From an uncultured Planctomycetales bacterium (GTDB taxonomy: Bacteria; Omnitrophota; Gorgyraeia; Zapsychrales; Zapsychraceae): a stretch of DNA of 60,083 nucleotides. How positions within the stretch are numbered: position 1 is the stretch's first letter; each line of letters starts with the position of its first letter. The translations under genes and the position numbers were made by a program. Under the pieces are notes generated by a model. That model was not told the origin of the DNA. It saw nothing but the letters and a program-made list of their open reading frames with translations, and ran no database searches. The stretch covers positions 131,232 through 191,314 of the forward strand of contig CAZHWM010000012.1 in the NCBI GenBank assembly GCA_964535935.1. Reading direction: 5' to 3'. This document shows positions 31,196-39,926 of the stretch, piece by piece.

Positions 31196-31855
31196 TTATT
31201 TTATCCCAAATACACATACAATATAGTCCTCATACACCTCTAATACCTCCATAACAAATTGTCTTTCACATAAACTTATAAGATTAATCTTAGTAGCTTT
31301 TATCTTAGGAAAGATCTCACTAACACTAATTTCGTTAATATTACACTTCGGATAACTAATCCCACAAATTTCTACTTTCGTCAAATAAGGATTTTTTTTC
31401 TTCATTTCCGGAGGTATTCTTAAGATGTGCGTATTCTTCCAATCTATGTATAACCCTGTCGGCAATGTATTGACATCTGTAGGGATTATATATTTATTAC
31501 TCATAATAACAATTCTATATCCACCGGGGTATTTATTCCAAAAACCTAATGGATATTCCTTTTTTATTCTTTCAACTACTTCCTTTATATGACTAGATTT
31601 ATTTGGACTATTTGCCTTACTTTCTAAGATATGGACCACATAAAAATATATAGACAAGCCTATCGCCAAGAAAAATAAAAAAACAATAATATCTTTATAA
31701 TTTGAAACTATCCGCCATAGATATTGGTTACGTTTATATTTCTTATTTATATTTCGTATACCCGATATCTTTTTTTTATATACAATATTTCTGCCTTTTT
31801 TTCGTCGTAATTTATTCCCTTTCTTACGATTATTTTTACTTTTCTGTTTTACCAT
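31196..31855 (-). CDS. Hypothetical single-pass membrane protein with a very basic N-terminal tail
   Basis: First ~45 aa are K/R-rich, followed by the hydrophobic segment IIVFLFFLAIGLSIYFYVV; overlaps the cheD end by 20 bp; no family recognised. Confidence 0.6.
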   Translation of the reverse strand: MVKQKSKNNRKKGNKLRRKKGRNIVYKKKISGIRNINKKYKRNQYLWRIVSNYKDIIVFLFFLAIGLSIYFYVVHILESKANSPNKSSHIKEVVERIKKEYPLGFWNKYPGGYRIVIMSNKYIIPTDVNTLPTGLYIDWKNTHILRIPPEMKKKNPYLTKVEICGISYPKCNINEISVSEIFPKIKATKINLISLCERQFVMEVLEVYEDYIVCVFGIK

Positions 31856-32372
31856 GCTGACTGTTATATGATTGCCATAAAAGCTTTTTGGGACTGTCCC
31901 CTACAGAAAAAAACACTTTTCCTGTAGGTATATCAAACATTATACTCCTTCGCAGCAGCCCGCCGACATCCTGTGCTACAATTTTCAAATTCTTTCGTTT
32001 TATATATTCAATGACCGAGTTAATATTACTTATTCCTATATTATCGGCCTCTCTTTGTAATACGTTAGCCCCACCTACCATAGATATTTCTATATCCTTG
32101 ATGTCTTTCATTCCACATTCATAAAATGTCTCTAACATAAAATCTAATGCATTATATGCATATTTTCTCTTATTACCTTTTACATGAACCGGTGCTATTC
32201 CAGGAAGCATAATATGCGCAAGAGCACCTATATGCTTTTTCATATTATATGCAGCTACAGCAATACATGAGCCTATAGCAGAAACTGTCAAAATTGTATT
32301 TAAGTATCCGAATTTTATTTCTCCTGTTGAAACTTCGACAATATTTCTTTCTCGATATATATCATCTTCCAT
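31836..32372 (-). CDS. cheD: Chemoreceptor glutamine deamidase CheD (orphan)
   Basis: TGE, AIGSCIAV (catalytic Cys), AHIMLP (catalytic His), KYA, VGGANV, NIG..N, QDVGG..RR. Confidence 0.92.
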   Translation of the reverse strand: MEDDIYRERNIVEVSTGEIKFGYLNTILTVSAIGSCIAVAAYNMKKHIGALAHIMLPGIAPVHVKGNKRKYAYNALDFMLETFYECGMKDIKDIEISMVGGANVLQREADNIGISNINSVIEYIKRKNLKIVAQDVGGLLRRSIMFDIPTGKVFFSVGDSPKKLLWQSYNSQHGKTEK

Positions 32373-35199
32373 ACTGAATAATCTTTTCTTTTAATTTCTC
32401 CACATCTATTGGTTTAGTTATAAAATCGTTCATCCCTACCTCTGCCGCTTTTCGTCTATCTTCCTGCATTACTGCAGCAGTAAGGGCAATAATAGGAAGC
32501 TCCTTACTTATCTCTGAACGAATTATTTTAGTAGCTTCTATACCATCCATAACCGGCATTTGAAGATCCATAAGACATAAATCATACTGATTACCTGCCT
32601 TAAGCTTTTCTACTGCCTCTTTCCCATTATTGGCAAACTCTGCGATACATCCTAATTCTTCAAAATAAGCCTGAAGTAACATACGATTAGGCATACTATC
32701 TTCTGCTACTAAAATCTTTATGCCCTTATAATTCAACTCATCTGCCATATGCCTGGTAACTATTGGCCCCATCTCTCTTTTGTCCCCCAATACAGTGGCT
32801 ATAACCTTCGCGAAATTATCTATAATAACAGGCTTAGGCAAATAACCATCAAAGCCCATCTCCTGTGCCTTATTAGCCTCTCCTATCTGAGGATCTGCTG
32901 TCACAGCAATTATTTTAAGCTTTTTATATTTGTCATAAGAACGTATTTTTTTAACCAACTCATATCCGTATTCTTTACCTAAAAAAATATCACATAAAAT
33001 TATATCAGGTATATTATTATCTTCTTCTAGTCTCTTTATACATTCGAATGCAGTTTTTGCTGAAGACTCTACTGATAATATCCGCATACCCAACTGTTTA
33101 CATAATTGTTTTAAGATTCTCTGAGATACCTTATTATCTTCTACTATCACAACAGCCTTACTCTTTATTTCTTTATAAGAAAGAGGATATATCTCTGTCT
33201 CTGAGATAGCTTTACCTTTTTCAAATGGAATCACAAAAATAAATTTACTTCCTTTATTCAGTTCAGATTCTACCCATATTTTCCCACCCATAGCCTCTAC
33301 AAGTGCCTTACATATAGTAAGCCCTAATCCCGTCCCACCATATTTCCTTGTAACAGATGTATCAGCCTGACTAAATGATTCAAATATATCATCAAGTTTA
33401 TCTGAAGGGATTCCTATACCAGTATCCACTACACTAAATCGCAATAAAGGTATATCTTCCGTTCTATCTTTTTCCTTGTTGACCACAACACCTATCTCTC
33501 CTTGTGTAGTAAACTTAATTGCATTTCCAAGTAAATTCACGAATATCTGTCGCAAACGGGTAGGATCTCCTTTAAGATAAATAGGCACATCTTTATCTAT
33601 CTCGATATATGTATCGATTCGTTTATCTCCCATTCGTGTTGCAACTATTTTAAAAACATCATTAATTAGATATCTTAAATTAAAATCTATCTTCTCTAAG
33701 GAGATTTTGCCTGATTCTAATTTTGACAAATCAAGGATGTCATTTATAATACTCAACAATAACTGCCCACTCGAGATGATAGTATCCAAATATTCTTTTT
33801 GTCTCTCATCTAAAGGAGTCTTTCGTAAAAGTTCACTAAACCCCAATACAGCATTCATGGGCGTACGTATTTCATGACTCATGTTAGCAAGAAAATCTGC
33901 TTTAGCCCGGGCCAAGTCTTCCGCCCGTTCCTTAGCGGCCCTCAACTGCTGTTCACTAGCTGTAAGCTGTTGATTTGCTGCCCTAAGCTGCTGTTCATTG
34001 GCCAATAATTGTTGATTTGCTGCCTTCAATTGTTGTTCATTCTCCAATAATTTTTTATTCAATGTCGATAATTCTTTACTCCTTTCTTGTTCCTCTTTTA
34101 TAAGTCTTTTTTGTTCATTCATGAGATTACGAACTTCTGTTATATCAGTGAAAATCTCTATTATACCGATTATATTACCATCTGCATCTTTAAAAGGACT
34201 TCCCATAATCTTAAAACATCCTTCTTTCCCAGAAGGCATCCTTTTCTTTACCTCTAAATCTATTCTCTCTTCCCCTGACATAATTTGCCTTAATGGACAC
34301 CTGTCCGTATGACAATAGCTTCCCTTAAAAACATCAAAACATTTTCTTCCCTTAACATCTTCCTGTGAAATCCCAGAAAGCTCTGACATTGCCATATTTT
34401 CACTTATAATGTTAAAATTTTTATCTATAACCATCATTCCACTAGGCGCACTGTTATATATCTGAATCAATTCTGTCCCCAATCTCTTTAAATCTTTTAT
34501 CATGTTATTAAATGCTTCTGCTAATATACCTATCTCATCTCCTGTGACAGATGGCATACTTACATCTAAATTACCTCTCCCTACTTCTTCCATCATTTTT
34601 ATTAGCCTAAAAATAGGCCGTGTAATAATTTTAACAAAGGCTATAGAGAATATCCCTCCTATAATTAATACAATTAATATTACTAATATAATAGAATGAA
34701 CTATCCTTGAAACCGCTATAATAAAAGGCCCCTCTGTTGTAGCAAAATCAACTATACCCAAATTATTACCTATAGGTATACATATATCATGTATCTTACC
34801 ATTAGAAGCCGTAAAATGAATGATCTTATAAGGAGATATTGTATCTTTACAACTCGAACTATTTAATTTAAGACGAACAGATTTCCCTACATATAATAGT
34901 TGTTTGCCTTCACAATCCCTTAATGATATATAAATTGCCTCCTTCATATGTTTTATATGCTTCAACAGGATCATCCTAAGTTCATCTATATTCCCATTTC
35001 CTTTTAAATATCGTTCACATAATTCTTTTATGTGATAAGCCTCTGTTAAAGCCCTTTTGTGGTATTCTGTATCAAAACTATTATATATAACCGTATAAGT
35101 AAATATAATTATTGCGCATCCCATAAATAATACAATTGATACTACCCCAATAAAGAATTTTAATTGCAAACTGCAACATTTACTTTTCTTACCTCTCAT
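32362..35199 (-). CDS. Hybrid sensor histidine kinase: TM-sensor-TM-HAMP-PAS-Gln-rich coiled coil-HisKA-HATPase-REC-REC
   Basis: HAMP (RPIFRL..GNLD..DEIG.LAEAFN.M), PAS (SAPSGMMVID..IEIFTDIT), H-box FLANMSHEIRTPMN, N/G boxes (NLLGNAIKFT, DTGIGI, YGGTGLGL), REC1 (CDIFL), REC2 (MDLQMPVMDG). Confidence 0.95.
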   Translation of the reverse strand: MRGKKSKCCSLQLKFFIGVVSIVLFMGCAIIIFTYTVIYNSFDTEYHKRALTEAYHIKELCERYLKGNGNIDELRMILLKHIKHMKEAIYISLRDCEGKQLLYVGKSVRLKLNSSSCKDTISPYKIIHFTASNGKIHDICIPIGNNLGIVDFATTEGPFIIAVSRIVHSIILVILIVLIIGGIFSIAFVKIITRPIFRLIKMMEEVGRGNLDVSMPSVTGDEIGILAEAFNNMIKDLKRLGTELIQIYNSAPSGMMVIDKNFNIISENMAMSELSGISQEDVKGRKCFDVFKGSYCHTDRCPLRQIMSGEERIDLEVKKRMPSGKEGCFKIMGSPFKDADGNIIGIIEIFTDITEVRNLMNEQKRLIKEEQERSKELSTLNKKLLENEQQLKAANQQLLANEQQLRAANQQLTASEQQLRAAKERAEDLARAKADFLANMSHEIRTPMNAVLGFSELLRKTPLDERQKEYLDTIISSGQLLLSIINDILDLSKLESGKISLEKIDFNLRYLINDVFKIVATRMGDKRIDTYIEIDKDVPIYLKGDPTRLRQIFVNLLGNAIKFTTQGEIGVVVNKEKDRTEDIPLLRFSVVDTGIGIPSDKLDDIFESFSQADTSVTRKYGGTGLGLTICKALVEAMGGKIWVESELNKGSKFIFVIPFEKGKAISETEIYPLSYKEIKSKAVVIVEDNKVSQRILKQLCKQLGMRILSVESSAKTAFECIKRLEEDNNIPDIILCDIFLGKEYGYELVKKIRSYDKYKKLKIIAVTADPQIGEANKAQEMGFDGYLPKPVIIDNFAKVIATVLGDKREMGPIVTRHMADELNYKGIKILVAEDSMPNRMLLQAYFEELGCIAEFANNGKEAVEKLKAGNQYDLCLMDLQMPVMDGIEATKIIRSEISKELPIIALTAAVMQEDRRKAAEVGMNDFITKPIDVEKLKEKIIQYGR
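33934..34041 (-). repeat. In-frame 42-bp (14-aa) tandem repeat, ~2.5 copies, encoding five heptad-spaced QQ pairs
   Basis: Protein NEQQLKAANQQLLA-NEQQLRAANQQLTA-SEQQLRAA; DNA units differ largely at synonymous positions (CAA/CAG, TTG/CTT/TTA, GCA/GCC/GCT). Confidence 0.9.
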
Positions 35200-35701
35200 C
35201 TTTTCCCCCTTTAGTTACAGTTGCCCCCCACATACCTAAATGCCTTTTCTTAGCATTACCTTCTAACATAAGAAACAATTCTTTATATTTATAGGGGAAG
35301 TGCCTTATAGCCTCGGCATATCCCAGGCGTATAAGTTCTTCATTAATAAAAGTTCCATCCTTAAGATATACATATGCTAGCCTACGACCATATTTATCAA
35401 ACTCTTTCTGATTATCATAGCCTTTAAGCCACACTCGTTTATGTTCTATTTTGCTTTTTAGATAATACTTCGCCTCTTTTGCGAAAAATTCTGTTTTGGA
35501 GTGATATTTAGACTTTATCTCTGGAGCATTAATACCTATTAATCGTATATGTTCATTGTTGGAAAGGATAAAAGTATCTCCATCAATTACATATTTTACA
35601 TACGCCCATTCTCCAAATGATATTAACGGAGAGAATAAAATAAATCCAGCACTTATTATTATCAAAAAAATTACCTTATTAGAAGGGATCTTTTTATACA
35701 T
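35189..35701 (-). CDS. Thermonuclease (staphylococcal nuclease) family protein, N-terminally anchored or secreted
   Basis: VIDGDT, IRLIGINAPE, DKYGRRLAYVY, INEELIRLGYA, GMWG; hydrophobic N-terminus. Confidence 0.92.
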   Translation of the reverse strand: MYKKIPSNKVIFLIIISAGFILFSPLISFGEWAYVKYVIDGDTFILSNNEHIRLIGINAPEIKSKYHSKTEFFAKEAKYYLKSKIEHKRVWLKGYDNQKEFDKYGRRLAYVYLKDGTFINEELIRLGYAEAIRHFPYKYKELFLMLEGNAKKRHLGMWGATVTKGGKDER

Positions 35702-35783
35702 AAATATTTAGAAAATAATTTCTTAATTATAGACAGGATAAGGAAATGTAACGATATTAGATAATATTTTGTTTATAATTTAC

Positions 35784-36695
35784 TTATTTATATCCATTTT
35801 CTAGGGGCGGCTGCTGTTCTTCTGACCGATTTTCTTCTATTTGAAATTTTTGTTCATGTCCCTCCTTCTCTACATTTACTTTATCTAGTTCTTCTCGCAA
35901 AGACCTTACTTTCTCTTTTAATGCCTGTATTTCTTTTTCCATCAATTCTTTTACTTTCTCAAACTCCTGTCTATTCCTTATCTCATTCTCCAACTGATGT
36001 TTCGTAAGTCTTAGTTCCTCTGTCTTCTCAGCGAACAAGGCATCTAACTTTTTATACTTTTCCTCTAAATCTTTAAACTCTTTCTCATTTGGAAAGGAAG
36101 TAGAAGACGATGATATATCTGTTTTCTCAATACCGTTATTGTAAATAACTTCTTTGTCGAGGGATTGCTGTAATTGGCCACTTCCATTAATAGAATTATT
36201 ATCTGTATCTATATCGTTTATATTTTTATCAATATCTCCTTCCATAGATGTAATCTCTCCTGGAGGCTCTATTTTAAGAGAAGCAGTCCCAGTAGAATCT
36301 TCGTCTATCTTCTTTACCCGAGTCTCTTCCTCTTCAATCCTCTCATCATCTAAACTTTCAGATAAAACATCCTGTAATGAAGGCATTGGGACTGTATCTA
36401 ATTCGTCTGATGATTGTTTCTTTTTCCAAAAACTAAACTTATCTACTAAACTGCACAAAACTTCTCTTATAGAAATCTTAGTGGGATCAGATTTATCAGC
36501 CTCTTCTATTGTTTTTTCCCCATCAAACTGTCCTTTTATCATTTCTTTATCTTTATTTCCTAGCGTACTATATTCCTTTATTTCTTTATTAGTCGATAAA
36601 CCTAACAATTCATTGACTTCATCTTTAGAGTTATAATATATAAATCCACATAACCCTATTCCTAACGTAATAAAAAGAAGAAAAAATATAAACAT
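35784..36695 (-). CDS. Hypothetical membrane-anchored protein with acidic low-complexity middle and C-terminal coiled coil
   Basis: N-terminal TM segment, D/E/S-rich linker, heptad-rich tail (LEEKYKKLDALFAEKTEELRLTKHQLENE...). Confidence 0.7.
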   Translation of the reverse strand: MFIFFLLFITLGIGLCGFIYYNSKDEVNELLGLSTNKEIKEYSTLGNKDKEMIKGQFDGEKTIEEADKSDPTKISIREVLCSLVDKFSFWKKKQSSDELDTVPMPSLQDVLSESLDDERIEEEETRVKKIDEDSTGTASLKIEPPGEITSMEGDIDKNINDIDTDNNSINGSGQLQQSLDKEVIYNNGIEKTDISSSSTSFPNEKEFKDLEEKYKKLDALFAEKTEELRLTKHQLENEIRNRQEFEKVKELMEKEIQALKEKVRSLREELDKVNVEKEGHEQKFQIEENRSEEQQPPLENGYK

Positions 36696-36755
36696 ATTAC
36701 AAAAATCCCCCCTAAAAAATTATAATTCTACAAATTTATATAATTTATTTATAAA

Positions 36756-37133
36756 TTACTTATCAAAAATTATTACTTTTGCCGTAAAATTAGCCCTTAT
36801 ATATGCGTTACCAATGATATGTTGTGCTGGTAACCTTTTCCATATACCTGTAGCATCTGTCTTTATATCTGTTATAGCATCCCCGCCCATAATAGCAGCC
36901 TCTCGTTTCATTTTGTCAATAATATCACTAATTCTATGCCTCCTCTCTGTGTTTACAGTGACATATCCAATTACTGTATACGGTTTACTAACCTTTTCAA
37001 TATATACAACATCATTAGAGCTTCTCTTTGAAGGATGATAATCCAAAGAAATATCCTTAGAATCAATATGATATATACTACATCCACTAATAATTACCCA
37101 AATAAGAGAAACAACAACTAACATCATTTTCAT
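36756..37133 (-). CDS. Hypothetical lipoprotein (YbjQ-like fold suspected)
   Basis: Lipobox ISG-C after a hydrophobic core; PYTVIGYV and KMKREAAIMGGDAI resemble the YbjQ/heavy-metal-binding-like family (inference). Confidence 0.7.
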   Translation of the reverse strand: MKMMLVVVSLIWVIISGCSIYHIDSKDISLDYHPSKRSSNDVVYIEKVSKPYTVIGYVTVNTERRHRISDIIDKMKREAAIMGGDAITDIKTDATGIWKRLPAQHIIGNAYIRANFTAKVIIFDK

Positions 37134-37221
37134 TGGCTCTCACCTTCCTTAAATTACAAAATAATATATACTACAAAAAATATTTTATATTTTTTCTCAC
37201 TATTTGGATATTAATAAATTA

Positions 37222-37250
37222 ATATTATTCTTTTATTGGCTTTTTGTCAA
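37222..37250 (-). promoter_or_regulatory. Putative sigma70 promoter at the head of the 37133-31196 accessory run
   Basis: Minus strand TTGACA-17 nt-TAATAT, about 90 bp upstream of the lipoprotein ATG. Confidence 0.55.
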
Positions 37251-37337
37251 TGAAAGCAATAAATATTTACTTACTGACAGAGATGCTATTTAAAAAAATA
37301 TTATTTCAAAATTATAATTTGTAATAATACTTATATT

Positions 37338-39182
37338 TCATATATCGCCTTCTTCAGGGAAATGATTAAGTTCCAATGCCATATCCACCACAGCCGTATC
37401 CCAACCATGAGAAGATATTTCCTTCTTTATATCCTCTTTATTCATATTTTTAAACTCATCTTTATGTACATCTAAAAAAGTCCTCAATATTCGAAGATTG
37501 TATTTTTGATGTTTGGATAACTTCCATCGCATAGGCTTCATATCTTCTGGTTTGTTAATAACAAAAGCAATTAGTGCAATAATTCCCGGTAACAAAATAA
37601 GAGACAACGCACCTATAAAATAAAAAGATTTTGTTGTCCCTATAAAATATTCCGCACTATTCCAAAACACATCAAATAAATAATGCCCCACTATAACGGG
37701 AATAATTCCAAATCTCAAATATATAAAAGATAAAAATAGACCTAATAAACTTACCTCTATACCTCGAAACCATCTAGGATAAACCGGATAATTTGTATGT
37801 GCAAACCCCCAAACCACAGAAGAAATAACCACTGTAGCCAATATATTTTTTAACGCCTTCTTGCCCAAACTAATAGAAAATAATCTAAACATAATCTCTT
37901 CATTAAGGCTCGCCTGAAATCCAATTGTAAAAGCGGTTAAAAATGGGAAATAACTGCTTGTTAACGAAGTCAATAATGTATGTTCCACCCACACATCCAT
38001 GTATTTCTGACCAAAAGTAATTATCAAGGATTGCATACCCAACATAATAAGGGATACACCATATCCCATAAAAATTAACTTTCCTACTTGTCGAGAAAAA
38101 AAAGTAGTACGTAAATAATAGAGAAAAGAGCCTTGTGGCCTATCTCTGAACACTTCAAAATGCAACAGTTCCCCCCCAAAGGCAGGAACAATAAAAGAAA
38201 ATGTAAAGAAAAAAGCTATAACAATATTATTTACCACGTACCTTATCAAATAACTGTTAAAAGGTGTTGTGGTCTTATAATCAAAAATAATAGACTGATA
38301 TTGATTTGCAATAGACGCTACAGAAAGCAGGAAAAAAATACTTGCTATTCCTACATAAAATTTTCTTGTAGTCTGAAGGCATAAATGATCCCGTCTTATC
38401 ATAAAAAAAACAAAGGCTGTAGTAAATAAAGCATAATAAATAAGTTTTATAATAACAGAAATATTCCTATTACTTTCATCCATCCTAGATAATCTGCGAT
38501 TAAATTGTTCGGGCACTATAAATATATTTTTTGAGAAAGAACGAATCTCATCTCCTGCTATTGTTGCACCTATAATGAGTTTTCCTGTCCCTGCATCTTT
38601 ATCATTACTCCATGGTATATGGACACTTTTTTTTTCCCAAGAAAAAGTATATTCTACACGATTATCAAACTTTTTCTTACTTTCATCATGAATAGTATAT
38701 AAATTAGGATTAAACTTAAATTGTCTTTCAAGAAAAGTAATTACTTTCTCTCTGGCTTCATTCTTTTTTATTATTTTTCTTTTATCAGTAGTTTTAATTA
38801 TATGTTTAAATGAAACTATTTCTCCCCTTGAAGAGCTAACAGCTAGTCTATATTCCTCTTTTTTTTCTTCTTTAAAAAAACGTATAAGCCAAAAGAACAA
38901 ATCAAAATCATTTTCTTTTATAAATTTTTTTGTATTTTTAAATCCTATAGTTTTTTGAAGGTATCTATATGCTTTATTATCAAAAGCAAAAAGTATTGCT
39001 GTTTTAAATTGAGAGGTATCTACACCTTGATTTCTTAAATATTCCTTTGCAATCTTCAGTGCCTTGGCCCTATCCGTTGAGAAATCAACAAATACCAACT
39101 GAGGATAACTCAATTTAAACCACAAAAAAATACTTAAACAAGATAAGACAATTAATACAATCCAAGATTTTCTACTTATCAT
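37338..39182 (-). CDS. CPBP (CAAX/Abi) family intramembrane glutamic endopeptidase with large N-terminal extracytoplasmic domain
   Basis: SLNEEIMFR (EExxxR), VWGFAH (FxxxH), GHYLFD (HxxxD); multiple TM helices in the C-terminal 60 percent. Confidence 0.85.
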   Translation of the reverse strand: MISRKSWIVLIVLSCLSIFLWFKLSYPQLVFVDFSTDRAKALKIAKEYLRNQGVDTSQFKTAILFAFDNKAYRYLQKTIGFKNTKKFIKENDFDLFFWLIRFFKEEKKEEYRLAVSSSRGEIVSFKHIIKTTDKRKIIKKNEAREKVITFLERQFKFNPNLYTIHDESKKKFDNRVEYTFSWEKKSVHIPWSNDKDAGTGKLIIGATIAGDEIRSFSKNIFIVPEQFNRRLSRMDESNRNISVIIKLIYYALFTTAFVFFMIRRDHLCLQTTRKFYVGIASIFFLLSVASIANQYQSIIFDYKTTTPFNSYLIRYVVNNIVIAFFFTFSFIVPAFGGELLHFEVFRDRPQGSFLYYLRTTFFSRQVGKLIFMGYGVSLIMLGMQSLIITFGQKYMDVWVEHTLLTSLTSSYFPFLTAFTIGFQASLNEEIMFRLFSISLGKKALKNILATVVISSVVWGFAHTNYPVYPRWFRGIEVSLLGLFLSFIYLRFGIIPVIVGHYLFDVFWNSAEYFIGTTKSFYFIGALSLILLPGIIALIAFVINKPEDMKPMRWKLSKHQKYNLRILRTFLDVHKDEFKNMNKEDIKKEISSHGWDTAVVDMALELNHFPEEGDI

Positions 39183-39904
39183 ATAAGATGAATCATTTCT
39201 TTGGGCAACTTCTTTAATTCTTGACTGCCTAGGACTTTAACTGCCCATCTTAAAAGTTCTAATTTTTTTCTTAATTTAGAGTCGGGTTCTTTAACAAATG
39301 CTAACCGTTTCCGGGATAAAAACATCATCTTCCTCAAAGTATTAAATACAATCCTTGCCTCCCTCGGTCTCACTTTCTTGGTATATAAAAGGGCACATAA
39401 ATCCTCAAAGGCCAAATCATTTACAGCAGCGTTGTAATGGTCAAGTTTTCTAATAAGTGCCGGGACCATAACCTTGAAATATCGATACCTATCCAAACAA
39501 CATAAACTATACATTATGGCCACTTCTACAAATGGCGATGCTGAACGATTTAGTCTGCGTATAAATATTTTTTCTACAATCCTCTTCTCTGGATAAACTA
39601 TCTCAGAACCAAATTTTTTATTAAATGCCATAACAGCAGCCGCTATCTTATATGGACTAAGTGTATAATCTTTAATCATCGCCAGCAATGTATCTTTATC
39701 TAACTCCATGTATTTCTCTTTATATCCATTAAGTAACATCTTGTCATCAAATATAGTATATGCTGAAGTTTTCAATCTTATAGATTTCCTTCCCTGCTCT
39801 TCTCTAATATCAGCTGATAGCAATGGTATTTGAGAAATATATATACAAATAATATAAAGTAGAAGCCTTATAACTCTATTAAAAACAAATTTTGACATAA
39901 ACAT
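39179..39904 (-). CDS. Hypothetical exported, helix-rich protein
   Basis: Signal-peptide-like N-terminus; ATGA overlap with the CPBP gene; no family recognised. Confidence 0.65.
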   Translation of the reverse strand: MFMSKFVFNRVIRLLLYIICIYISQIPLLSADIREEQGRKSIRLKTSAYTIFDDKMLLNGYKEKYMELDKDTLLAMIKDYTLSPYKIAAAVMAFNKKFGSEIVYPEKRIVEKIFIRRLNRSASPFVEVAIMYSLCCLDRYRYFKVMVPALIRKLDHYNAAVNDLAFEDLCALLYTKKVRPREARIVFNTLRKMMFLSRKRLAFVKEPDSKLRKKLELLRWAVKVLGSQELKKLPKEMIHLI

Positions 39905-39926
39905 TAAATACTCTCCTCTTTCTTTA

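Noticed and set aside
32362-35199. Kinase as a chemoreceptor or CheA
   Set aside because: It has a class I HisKA H-box and HATPase with REC domains; there is no MCP signalling hairpin and no Hpt/CheW domain.
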